A stretch of DNA of 64,000 nucleotides. Source: Spizellomyces punctatus DAOM BR117 (lineage: Eukaryota). The first letter of the stretch is position 1. Each line of letters begins with the position of its first letter. Below the pieces are notes generated by a model. The model made no database searches and was not told where the DNA came from. It was given only the letters and a program-made list of their open reading frames with translations. A program made the translations under genes and the position numbers. Of the stretch, positions 1 to 12,461 are shown in pieces. Where the stretch lies: assembly GCA_000182565.2 (NCBI GenBank), contig KQ257450.1; one strand, 5' to 3'.

Positions 1-2640
1 AACGGGAACTGGGAAGGTATGTTCGTATGTATGCGGAGGCGCCATGACAGCCAACCTAAACAGAATTGGCGGGCCGTAGAGGAAACTTTAGCGTTGTTCG
101 GCTGGCCGTCAACAAAACTACTGGTGAAAAATATGCCATCAAAATCATAGGTGGGTTGTTCAAAGCGTGCGGTGGTCTTTACTGCGTCTCATATAAACAA
201 AGACAAAAGACGGATCGCATTTAATGTACAAGCTGAAGAAGCTTTGAAGAGAGAGGTATTGCTTCGCGCCGTCTTGTCTTTCACTGTAATTATCTCAACT
301 TACACAAGGACGTAGGCCGAAGTACTAAAGTCAATTGACCACGTATGTTACCTGTCCCCTTTGTTGTCAACTTTCAAGAATCTGACGGTCCCCCACAGCC
401 CTATATTGTTCGGCTACACGAAGCATTTCAACTCGGCCACCTTTCATACCTTGTCATGGATTTCATTAGCGGCGGGGACTTGTCAAATTATGTATCGGGG
501 CGTGATGTACTCCGAGAAGAGGAAGTTCGACGTCTGTTTCGACAAATGGTGCGTTTTGTAATGCGACTGACTAGAGCGCTCCATTTAAATTTCTTTGCAT
601 GTTTAGGTTGAGGCAGTGCAGGTTTGCATAATTGTGTTTGTGTATGTCTGGACCGTCAGTATAACAACTTTCACGTCTAGTACATACATTCATTTGGCAT
701 CGTTCATCGCGGTTCGTTGCTGGCGTGCTTCCTAATAATATCTCAACCTGTCATCTAACGCTGCCTAATGCAGATCTAAAACCAGAAAACGTCCTGGTTA
801 CAGAGGACAAGTCGCCCACTTTAAAGCTTTCCGATTTTGGGTAAAGTCCACTCGGTTGTGTCAATACTTGATCATCTATATCTCAATCATCGATTATCCC
901 CTGCGTTCTGTCTTTTAGTCTTGCTAAAATGATAGGTTCCGACGAATGCCATACCATATGTGGTACATCGCATTTTCTTCTTTTCGGTGTGGTTGGCGAT
1001 GATAAGTAACATTCTCTAGGAACACCGGAGTACCTTGCCCCCGAAGTGTTCCTATCTGGCAACTATGATTCACGGGTTGATCTCTACAGCCTAGGGGCCA
1101 TTCTATATTTTATGCTGACAGGTAGAAATGCTCGGAGTGACATCATTTATACCTCTTTTGGTTGACAAAAGTATAGGCCAGTCTCCTTCTGAGGTGAATT
1201 TAGAGACAATCGGTGTGGAAGGCTCAAGCTCGAGCCTGCCAAAAGCAATACCCCCTCAAGGTCTACAATTAAATGTTGCTCATGTAGATTAGGATTATAA
1301 CGGTATCTTTCTCTTTCTCAAACAGCGGCAGGGCTGATCAAAGGACTAATGCAGCCAGACCCTGAAAAGAGAACATCCTTGGAGGCTCTAATACGACATC
1401 CATGGATGCTAACGGCACCCCGGACACCAGCCACACCTCATGGTTAGATTCCTTTACCGTTGCTTTCTTGCGTCTAATCCTTCTTAATCTGTTTATGCAT
1501 TTCTGTTAGCTTTCCGGAGACCCGAAGATCGTCCAGTATGGGCTACGTTATCCTCGCAAGAAGGTCCTCCACGTGTCATCAAGATGTTCCGCGATTCCAT
1601 ATCGTTTGGGCGAAGAGAAGGTATGTCGCATTGATCATGTAGAAGAGTCCTTTCGCTAATATGCCTTTTAAAAGACAATGATATCGTTCTTGGCGATCCA
1701 AGGGTGTCTGGTAAGTTTTATACGAGTTGGTTTGCCATAAAACTTGCTGCAATTTCAAATGCTCACATGCGAACATGTCTATCAAGGAACGCATTGTAAA
1801 ATTGTTCGGGAGGGAGGACACGTTCTTCTGCATGATACAAGTGCAAACGGCGTGCGTGTGAATGGGATTCTGGTTGGGAAGGGAAATAGTGCCGAGCTGA
1901 GGCAACGGTAAGAATATGGTATGGCATCGTGTTTAAAGTAAGCGTACGCTAATGGCCTCCTTCTTTTTTCCTTATCCTTATGTAGAGATGTTTTGACATT
2001 AGTGCCAGAAACACTTCATCAATCTGGTAGGAAAGCGACTTATTTCGTCATTGGTCACTCGGAAGCTTATCGCACCTCCCTCTTTTAAATAGCCATGACC
2101 TTCACCTACGCAGAAATGCTGCCCCCATCCGCGAAGCGTAGTCTTTCTCCTCCTGATACTGATGAACATACGAGAAAACAGGCAAGATTAATCGAACTTC
2201 TGAGACTTGCCCGATGAGGAATATCTTAACAGGTCTCACTTCAACAGCAACGCATAAACTCATCGTTTACACTCCAATCTATTAACATCCCGACACTTCC
2301 TCCCATCATCCCTATGAAACCTCAAATGCTTATCGGCCGACGCCCAGACTGTGACATCCTTTTAAATGTCGCTGAAGTCAGTTCTGTCCATTGTCGGCTG
2401 ACGACGAGTAATAATGTCACAACCCTGGAAGATTCTAGTAGTAATGGGACATGGGTGAATGGAACGAAAGTCGGAAAAGGGAATACGACGGTGTTGAAAG
2501 ACGGCGATGAGTTTTTGATTATGAATCCAAAAGCCGCAGGTTTGAACGTGCTTTATGCTATCTTTATCAAAGTCATCTAGCATCACACTTTCCTATTTTT
2601 TACAGATACCAAGATTGGTTTTCGATGCGTATTTAGATAA
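1..2640 (+). CDS. Ser/Thr protein kinase (CAMK/Chk2-Rad53-like) followed by two FHA domains; 5' end lies outside the window; many short exons
   Basis: Manually spliced exons give [56 protein letters not shown] and [14 protein letters not shown] 1 (~1530-2025): [40 protein letters not shown] 2 (2314-2640): [36 protein letters not shown]. Stop TAA at 2638-2640. Confidence 0.9.
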
Positions 2641-2712
2641 TTTCTATCGCTTGTATTTGTTTATTTAACAGCAAATCATATACTTTGTCCGTTTATGAGC
2701 GGCAGATGGCGT

Positions 2713-3411
2713 CTATCTCTTCGGCTTCCTCCTGCTTCTGCCGAGTCTGCGGTCGCGATGAGCTGATGGTTGTTTATCGAACTGAACTTGGCCTTCTACA
2801 GAAGTGTGGACAGCGTGCCTGCACCGCCACTTTTTCCGTCCTCCTATGTAGCTTTCCATGACCGGTTCCAAAATGTTTGGGACCGTGTGATAAATGTACT
2901 CGACAACGCTATGATGAGATATGGGATCTAGTTCGGAAAGTGGGAAGCGGGGAGAAGGTGTGATCAAGGATGTGGGTTTCTCAATGGACTGCGGGATGCG
3001 AGATGTCACAAAACGAAGATCGTGGCGCTCGCCACTGTTGCTCTCTGCTGGAAAACGATTTGTCAGTCCGAAAATTGCCTGGAATCATCCATGAGAAATC
3101 ATACCAGAACGCAGCTTCATCTCTTTCTTTGGAACTCCCGTTTCCTTCCTCCAGACATCCTTTACCAAACCCATCACATTCGCATTTCCAGCTGGTCCCA
3201 AAGGAACTGGCCGATGTTGAGAGTAAAAGATTGCCTCGGCCATTCGAGCGTCCATCACCCCAGCTTTCTTCCTTGTATATACTCTCTTTACGGGGATCCT
3301 TTCTCCATCTTCTTCTGTTGAGCTGTGAAGGTGTCGCTTGGAGATCGCAGGCTGCAAATGGCAAAATCGTCCAGTAAGCAACGCCAAGCACGTAGATCGT
3401 CGCGACAGCAT
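2713..3411 (-). CDS. Hypothetical protein with a probable mitochondrial presequence (2 exons, intron ~3048-3104)
   Basis: ORF 3085-3411 (MLSRRSTCLALLTGRF..., Arg/Ser/Leu-rich, no acidic residues) joins ORF 2713-3009 in frame through a GTATGA...CTGAC...TTCCAG intron. Confidence 0.6.
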
Positions 3412-4000
3412 CGTTCGGATGTACGCTCTCTAATGTTTGAGGGAAACCGACGTTGAAGAGTTGCTACATATCTAGGTGCAGCAACATGATAACATGTGGC
3501 GCTTTACACCTCTTTGAAAAAGAAAGACAAACGATCTGAACAGCAAGCAGGCGGTCTTTTGATTGGGTAAGCAGTTGGTGGACGCGATTTTTGACAGCTG
3601 CTACTGGGCGAGGTCAGCGGGCAGCTCATGCTTTGCTGGCGAGAGTCCCTCAAACATGCATGCAGATGTCTAGCATATTACTCCTTGTGAAATGCAGAGG
3701 CGATTGTTGTCTCCCCCAGAAAGTACAACAATATTCATGATTCGTTCGTTGCCGATCACTCTTTTTACAATGCTATGGTACTTCCAACCGGAGTATTGCA
3801 AGCTCATCTGTGCTAACAAATGCACACAGCACATCGTCAGAGTAGAGTACGCAATGAGAAACCAACATGCTCTCGTTCTCGAGTGTTTGTTGTATTTGCA
3901 AAAATATACCAGCTAGACCTTGACCTTGAGGGGAACCCATGTCACCTGACCTGAGATCGTTATAAACTCGTCATGCAGAGATCTCTCAAGATTTTCTGGC

Positions 4001-4311
4001 ATGGACATCACAGCGGATCTGAGAGGGAAGCTGAGAGAACAATCGCTTCGCTTCTGGTTAGGCATTACAGACCGCACGCCAGAAGCGTCTTTGCATCTAT
4101 ATGATAGGTATGTCCGTTTTTGTTGAAAAAATGCCGTGAAACATGCACCGACAATGATCGCCGATATAGGAATGTGGTGACGGGTAAATTACGGGGAACA
4201 GATTCCACAGCGGAGCTGTTCAATATTAGGGATTTGAAAACTCCTGTTGGTATCTACCCGGAAGCTCAAGTACGGTCAGGCGACGTGCGATATCTTACTA
4301 TTGAGCTGTAG
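4001..4311 (+). CDS. GEMIN7: Gemin7-like Sm-fold protein (SMN complex); intron 4108-4169
   Basis: Spliced product MDITADLRGKLREQSLRFWLG..LHLYDRNVVTGKLRGTDSTAELFNIRDLKTPVGIYPEAQVRSGDVRYLTIEL matches the Gemin7 pattern (R..LRE..LR, ATD, L.TP.G...A..R..D). The start may extend upstream. Confidence 0.8.
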
Positions 4312-4455
4312 AATAGGCTAAGGCAGCGGACCAGTTGGTCCAGCCATTCCAGTAAAGTGAATACATTATACTACATGAAAATGAAGACCGGCCGCCTACG
4401 CAAGCCGAAAGACTGATGTTCCCATCCAAGGACCAGTATCCGCCCTTCCACCACC

Positions 4456-5949
4456 CTACGGTTTACCTCCCTTCTTTCGCACCCCACCTTCAAATCCTGG
4501 TCTTGGCTTTTTGCCCTTATCTTTTTTCCCTTTTGAACCTTTGGGTGCATTTCTGGCTTCTTGTCTCGCCTTCAGGTTCTCCTCTCGCTTTTTCTGTCGC
4601 TCCTCCTGCTCTTTCTTCACCTGCGCTTGTCTGTTACTCCAAGTGGTAGCACTCTTTTCCTTTGATTTTTCCTTTCGTTTCACACTCTTCTTTAGGAGCT
4701 TCAAGTCGTCCTTGACCTTTTCTCCTTCTGCCTGTTTAAGCAGCTTGTTCCATACCGCAGCTTCTTCGATTGTCTCAGCCTTCTCCTTATCCACTTGCTT
4801 CAGCTTTTCCAGCTTTTGTTTCTTTGCTTCAGCCTGTGATAGACGGTATGTCAGTTTTTATGACTCCTTGGACAATTATATCGGTAATTGTAATTCTGAC
4901 CTGCTTTAACTGTCCCGTGAGATCAGTTGGACCTTTCCGCTTCTTTGCCACCTCAGCTATACCAAAGTCAAGCTTGCCAAATGTCACGTCCTCCTTAATG
5001 GCTTTAGAGCCACCGTTCGCTTTGGTGTCCATCTTTGATGGTCCATCAATAGCCATTCCCTGGGGACCCATATGTGAGTTACGTATTTAAATTAAACCAG
5101 TCAGCGTGACATACCTTTGTATCGTCCAACTTTCTTCTCTTTTCCTTCTTCTGTTTGATTCCCTCCTTACGCTCCCGCTTTCGCTTTGCCCGTTTTTCTA
5201 AAATTTCTTGTCTGCTCTTTGGTGCTTCACCATCTACTGTCCCCGTAGGTGCTTTGCGTTTGGTACGAAGCTCTTGAATACGGCTTTTCAGCTTCTCCTG
5301 CAGCTCCACAATCGACCCTGTTGGAAGGGGGGCTAATCCTGATATCCATACGGAGATACGTTATTGGTGCTCTGGGCATGAGACACCTTTACAGCATGGC
5401 AAAACCAACCTTCCATATGATCCACATCGTCAGCAGATGCTGGTTCTCCACCGTCCTCTTGTGCGGCCTCGCTCGTCGCCAGGGTCTCGGTCTGAATGTC
5501 CAATACAGACTTGACGTTCTCAGGGTCCAACTATCACCGAGACATGAAGCGTTACATGCTGTGCGCTCGCATTTCAGCTAATCGCAAGAACAATACCTTT
5601 GCCTTCTTGGCCTTCTTCGTCGCTTCTTTCACTACCTGTTTTGGAGCTTTGTTCTTTTTGTTGTGCATGTACTTTCCGGTCTGCAATCAAAAAACCAATC
5701 GGTCACACTTTCCACCCAGTACGATACTCTCTCTCCGCAGCACTTACAGGCGCATCGTCGTCTCGGGCCAGATAATATTTAGCAGGAATGAGTTCGACGA
5801 GGGAATCAAAGCATTTTCGGTGTTCCGCAAGTCGCTCCTGTACGTAGACTAGTGTCAGAATCCACAACGAACTCCATTACCACTTGCCCAACCCTCCTCC
5901 CCCATACCTGAAGGCCCTCCAAGGAGTATGTCGCTGTTTCTACAGCCAT
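4456..5949 (-). CDS. RRP14: Rrp14/SURF6 ribosome biogenesis protein
   Basis: N-terminal ERLAEHRKCFDSLVELIPAKYY and KYMHNKK; C-terminal SURF6 motif GEKVKDDLKLLKKSVKRKEKSKEKS..W..R..RQKKREENL..RPGFEG. Confidence 0.92.
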
Positions 5950-6188
5950 TGTTTGGCGATTGAACTCAATGAAATCTCGACAAGTCCGCCCAAGTGCGAA
6001 ATAATTCTTTTTGACGTCGTCCCAAAAGGGATTTCATTTAACCAAATGCGGTTACATTGCAACTTTGGCCAAAGCAACGCTGGAAGATCCTCCGCGAAAG
6101 TGTTTGGTGGGAGCTCGTTGAGCTACGATTGATGAACCCATCTGACGCTGGTGGGCCTCTACCTTAGAGCTGTGAGTTAACGCGAGAA

Positions 6189-9100
6189 ATGTTCCCTCGG
6201 AGAGCACTTGTGCGGGCGCTACGTGCCTCGTCGTTGCGGAACTCGTCGTTACTGCTCCCAACCTGTCAAGTCCGGCAAGTCATGAGATGGCAGTCGAACA
6301 CCAGTGTCACCGCGGCGGAGGAGATAAAGAAGCAGCGTAAGAAAACGAGCAAAGTCAGTAAAGCGAAACGCGCGGGAATGAAATCGGTCATTTTACCTCC
6401 ATTGCCATTGGAGCCCATTCCGGTTCTGGTCGATGCAGGAGACGGAACTGGGGCCGAAACGCCAATTCCTACTACCGCTCTTATGGCGGAAATTCAGGAA
6501 ATTCAAGATCGATATCCCGATCACATATTACTGGTCCAAGTGGGAGGGTTTTTTGAGATCTATGACCACCAAGGATATCTGGAAGAAATTGCAGATCTCC
6601 TGCATTTAAAAATTGCGAGACCAAAGAACCAGACAAAAAATCAGCTGAGGTTTGCAGGATTTCCACTGGCGAGATACAAGGATTATGTGGAGCAGCTAGT
6701 CAAGCACGGAAAAACTGTTGCACTGGTCGAACAAGTAGGCAGTGACCTGACGAACAAAACGAAGACAAAAGTGCGCAATGTCACTCGCATCATAACCCCT
6801 GGTACCTTAATAGACGAGGATTGGGTCGAGAGTCGGGAGAACAACTTTCTCTTGTCTGTGACAGCATTGCCTAATTCTGATAAACCAAGCGACTTTGGGC
6901 TCGCCTGGCTAGATGTTTCCACGGGCGATTTCCTGGTGTGCGAGAGCTCCCTCGATACATTCGAAGAGCATCTTTCCCGTATCCAACCAAAAGAAATATT
7001 ATGCGACCGTAGATTACAAGAGACTCATCCCACTCTTATCCAGTCCCTGCGTAACCGAGCAGGTGAATTCCACCTCAGTATGAGGGATACGGAGAAGAAA
7101 GCTGAGGCATATCTGGGCGGCTTGCTCATACAAGAGGATGCTTCTAGGGCGCTTCTCACTGATATGCGTAAGCTGCTGGCTGACTTTTCGCCGCTTCAGG
7201 TGCAAGCGGCGGGTACACTACTTGGATATGTTGCAGAAAATTTCTGTCACCTACCTTCCTTTCCAGCACCTGCAGAGTTTGTCCCGGAGGACGTGATGAG
7301 AATTGATCCTGTAACCCAACAGGCGCTTGAAATTACGCGGACTTTCCGGGACAGGGCACGAAAAGGAAGTCTATTGCACGAGATTGATCGTACCAAAACG
7401 GCTGCTGGATCTCGCATGTTAGCAACCCGTTTAAGTAAGGTTTGACGTGTCTTTTACCAGACTACATACTCGGTGCTAAGGAGACATCTTCCATGTACAC
7501 AGAGGCTCCCTCCATATCCATTGATGAAATTAATCGACGACTGGACCTTGTCGAAGTCTTCTTCAGCGACACTCACTTGTTGGCAGACGTACGAGAGCTG
7601 CTTTCGAACTGTAAAGACGTGGAGAGAGCACTGCAGCGCATTCACCTGGCAAAGGCCACCCCCGGCGATTACCTCAATATCATTGCAACCCTCCGGATGG
7701 CCGATCAAATCTTCCGTCTCTTGGAGAGTAAACAAAATCAGCTGAAAGGTGCTGCCTCTGCTGGTATAATAAAGTCACTTGAAGCGCTTGCGGAAAAGCT
7801 CGGGAGCTGCAGGTCGCTGCTGAATGCCTGCGATGAGATATTTGACGAAAAGTTGCAGGATTTGCAGAAGATAACCGATTTGGAAGCGATTAAAGAGGGA
7901 ATATCTGCAGAGCTTGATGAAAAGAGACGTACTCACCAGGTCCTTAAGCAACAAGAGGAGGCGTACCGAGTAAAGCTAGCACGGAAATATGGTAATAATC
8001 AAATGTATAATTCCATTAATATGGCTAACGCGGTCACAGGCCTAGAGGATAAGTTTAAGATTAGCGCACTTGCAGACCCCAAACTCGGCCCCATACTCGC
8101 TATTCAGGATGTGAGGGGCCCCTCTCGTCTTGCTGTGAAAGCCCGTATCGAAAAAGACTCTCACACAGAACTTTTGGAGCGAGCAAATACTTCAGTCGGC
8201 TTGCGATTTTCACACACAGTGCGTATCTTCCAAGATTCTCATTCAGCCCTGAAGAATATTTGACTCACGAATCCCTAGCACTGGTCCGGACTTTATCGAT
8301 CATTGAACGAGTCTGCTAATGCGCTCCTTGAGATCCAAAAGGACGTATTTGAACGTGCCTGTGGAAGGGTAAGCTTCTGACCCGACTCAATTAGATTGAG
8401 TACGGACCGTTCACACGCATTTTTAGATCAAAGCACACACCTTGCCGTTCATTGAAACCTGCAGAACAATCGCTGAAATCGACGTAGCTTCTGCTATAGC
8501 AGCCCATGCTCAAGAGTGTGGATACACAAGACCGGTGGTCACCGAAGAGTGAGTGTTCCAGTCTACTTGGATGAACCGTCACCAGGCAAAATCTAATTTG
8601 AGTATCATCTTAGACTTGTGCATGATGTGAGAGGTGATGCGAGATGGATTCAAAACGTTATTGCAGAAGCTCAAATAGATGCACCATTACAGGTGGTAGA
8701 CACCCCGTAGTGGAACGAGCTCAGACGTACCGAGAATCAATGGTAAGAACAAGTTGCAATCGTGTATTGAGTTAATTAATTGACACAGTTTGTTACAGTA
8801 TGTAAAGAATGATTTCTATATTGGCGGCGACCAGCGTTTGTGGCTCCTCACTGGGGTAATTCTCACCTCTAAATGTGACCCCTTCTCCGCGTAAGGTCCT
8901 AACATATTCTTGCTTTCCGATCAGCCGAATATGGGTGGGAAGAGCACGTTCCTAAGACAAAGGTGCGTAAGCAGTAGAGATTCCAGTGATCAGTCGCGAA
9001 TTGTGTGTTAAACTCTTGGGTGTGCCATAACAGCGCTCTACTATCCATCCTTGCGCAAACCGGTTGTTACGTGCCAGCGTCATCTGCCCGCCTTGGGATT

Positions 9101-9945
9101 GTCGATAAAGTTTTCTCAAGAGTCGGTGCTTCTGACGATCTTGCGGCTCATCAGTCAACGTTCATGGTAGGATACTACGCTCTGTTGGGCATGATAAAGT
9201 CCGGGTAGTTGACCATATTCTTCGCTGTAGGTCGAGATGCGAGAAACTGCGACCATTCTCAAAAACGCAACAGAGAAAAGCTTTGTAAGTCAGCAAATGG
9301 AGGTATACTGCTGTCGTGACAATATGGAGGTTTAATATCATCGATTCGTTTTGTACTAGGTGATTATGGATGAAATTGGCCGTGGAACATCTACGAACGA
9401 TGGTTTTGCTATCGCACACGCCACACTTGTCTATCTGCATCAACACTCAAAGTGCCGAGGAGTATTTGCCACTCACTATCATGAACTGGCGGCACGGGTA
9501 CAGGATGACCAAACCCAGTCCCTTGATGCGGTCAAGTGCTATCAGACCGCGGTCTTGGCAGATGATGTACGGCGCCTGCACCTGAGGCTCGAGAACAAAC
9601 ATTTGCACTAACCGGCCCATATCACGTTTAGAAAGGGCACCTCATTTACACATACCAGCTCCAGCCTGGTGTCATGACTCAAAGTCACGGCATCGATTGT
9701 GCCCGTGCAGCAGGTAAGATACGGTGGAGTGTTTATTCCTACCTTTGAAACTTCACCAATGTAACAACGGGCATTGGTCACTTGCAGGTCTGCCAGAACA
9801 AGTAATAGCATCGGCCACGACGTTCTATCAACAGCTTGAAAACGAGCAACGCATAAAAGATCGATTATGGAGAGACTGGCAGAATCAGCAATCTTCAATG
9901 GGCACCGGAGAAGCTGACGCCGCTTACCAAGCAACAATGAGCTGA
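6189..9945 (+). CDS. MSH1: Mitochondrial MutS homologue Msh1
   Basis: Mitochondrial-type presequence; mismatch-binding [88 protein letters not shown]. Confidence 0.95.
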
Positions 9946-10406
9946 TTGCGCTGGGCTGATACGAAGCTATTCTCATGATGATCGGCCATAATGATCATGT
10001 TAAAATAAACTGTTTTATACGTATTTTACCTCAGGCTTGTATATATAGGTGGCATCTTGCTCTAGTTCCGATTCGTAGGGTAGATTTTACTATGAAAAGA
10101 TTATCGATATGTCAAATAACTATCGCTCTGTTTCTTTCCAGGCGCTCTTTCTTCTGTTCGTTATCATTTCGCAACGCAACTCTAACTAACTAGAGAGGCT
10201 GGTGTGCCCAAATGGCCGGGCACGGAGAAGTGGACCGGGTCAAGCGAAAGGTTGCATCGCGAAATCGGCGAGGATGAAAATCCGGGCAGGGATATATTTC
10301 TATGCGCCCACTGTACATTCTAATAATATGCCGTGTCCCATCATGTAGGGCCGTATCACATCGCCAATCCATCATTTTATGGCGAAACTCAAATTGACGT
10401 GTCATT

Positions 10407-11535
10407 TTATACCATGATTATTAGAATGATGAGAATGATTAAAACCACAACAAGTATCAGTATTGTCCACTGCTGTTTCGTATCTAGAGGTGAGGGCGGT
10501 TAAAACACAGCATATGATATCAACCAGAGCAAGGCAACGTATCGATCATACCCGCGTTAGCTTTGATGAATTCTTGCATGCGTCGCATGCCTAATTGCAG
10601 TTTGCCTGCAGTTGTATCTACACCCGATTCAAGATCTACCAAAAGTCTAATAGCGACATGCCACTCAGCTTCTCGATGAGAAAGATATATCTACCAAGTT
10701 GAATATGCTTACCCTGTTTGATCATCCAGCTCGCGCCCCATTACTGAAGCAATTTCCTTTAAATTGCCCACAGTGTCCAATACTCCGTCCAACTGTTCGT
10801 CTTGATGCTGCATCAGCACCTGCTGTTGCTGTGCTTCGCGCTCAATAAATCGTTGATTTGAGAGTTGGTAATCTTCTTGAGTGCGTCCATACGGGGCGGT
10901 CGTTTTGACGGATTTTTTAGTCTGCAAGAGCGTCTGGCAGAGTACATCAAAAGTTGTCCAGGTGTCATTTTATGAGGACAAGATTGTTGGGTGCGCGGAT
11001 TTACATACCTCTCGTGCTTCCTTGTCGATCTTTTTTGCTGTTGAGGGATTCACAACCGCCGAACGCATGTCCTATCGCAAAATGATACAAAAATTAGCAA
11101 GATGCTCTATTTGGCGAGGTTCATGGCCACGGTTGTCGTCTAGAATGCACCCTCCGCCCACCCACCTGGATGGTCTTGCGCGTCCGCGCAATAAAGTCTT
11201 TTCGTTCCCCAATTTCTCGAACATCTAATCTGAACTTTGCTGGGTTGGCTTCCACAATGTCTATTGTCTCCTGAAGAGCTTTTAGGTCCTCGTCAATGTC
11301 CAGCAGCGCTTCCCTCAATCCTTCCGACTCTCGTCGAAAACTCTCCGCGGATGCTGAAGTGTCAGGTGCGTTGAGTAGTTCATTCCAGTGCCTGTACAGT
11401 TTTGTAGTATTCTCGACATTGATCTCAACCTCACTAGATTGGTAAATATGGGTTATGACGAGGTATAACCTTGGAAGCGTTTTGGCAAAAGTTGAAGCGT
11501 TACTCTTTGAGCGCAAAGTACGGGTCTTCCGCCAT
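10407..11535 (-). CDS. TLG1: Qc t-SNARE Tlg1/syntaxin-6
   Basis: MAEDPYF start; Syntaxin-6_N-like DLKALQETIDIVEANPAKFRLD..EI.ERK.FI; SNARE motif QQQQVLMQHQDEQLD..MGRELDDQ; C-terminal TM helix WTILILVVVLIILIILIIMV*. Confidence 0.93.
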
Positions 11536-12461
11536 TCTCCGACTTTAGCGCACAGTTGTGTAGGATGATACTAATTCGCAAGTGGCCGTCAAGTCCAGCG
11601 TATATGTTACAGGCCCAGAAAGCACGGAAGGAACGAATATGAACTGAAAGATGCTATTTGTGGAGGATGAAAATGACAAGTTGTAAACGGGATATTTCTC
11701 GACCAGCAACTGAGACGCGCCCATCGTAATCGTGGCGAACCACACCAAAGGATTTGTTTGACTGGCCACTCGCAGAAATGGCTTTTGGGTTTGGAAGGAC
11801 ATTGACACTAAAAGGTAGGTCCCATCTTCTGCTCAGTTCATCCCACCCACCGACCGAATCTGTCTGGCCTTGATACTTCCTGAAGCATATGCAGGCGTTT
11901 TGTTTTGTCGCGGCAAACTCTGTCCACTTGTATGGACGATACTATAGGCAGCTAGGATAGTTGAGCACCTCTGTGGGGGGAATTCTATTCATTACTAGCT
12001 GGATTGGCAAGGCGGTGACCGCTTTTAATATGGAATCACTTTGCCGAAACCTAATGTCAAGGGCTTGATATCGTTGGCATTGGACACATTGTCAACAGTT
12101 GTTGCAACGCGGTGGGTGAGCTGGCAACGATATTGCTTGCTGCAAGGAACAGCATGCAACTCTAGATTTTGCCGAGAAAATGTATCAAGCCCCCACCTAC
12201 CTCACGACCCGATCTCTTTCCGAGGAGTTGGCATAACTCAATGAAAGCGTATATAATCAAGTAATGTCTGTCGCCCATCATGGAAAGGACGGGGAATTTT
12301 GATGCTTGTAATGCTGTTCATTTGTCCGTCGTCCACAGTTGACATCCAATAGTAATCAGCACGGCTGCAGACCAGGTTTCTTGTAATTGTAAACAAACCA
12401 TGTGCAGCATCTCAGTTCACAAGAGAAAAAAATCCCAAAAAAGTCTATTTGATCTAACAAT

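Noticed and set aside
10190-10405. 71-codon ORF starting right after the TLG1 stop
   Set aside because: Short, no recognisable motif, and lies in the expected 3' UTR.
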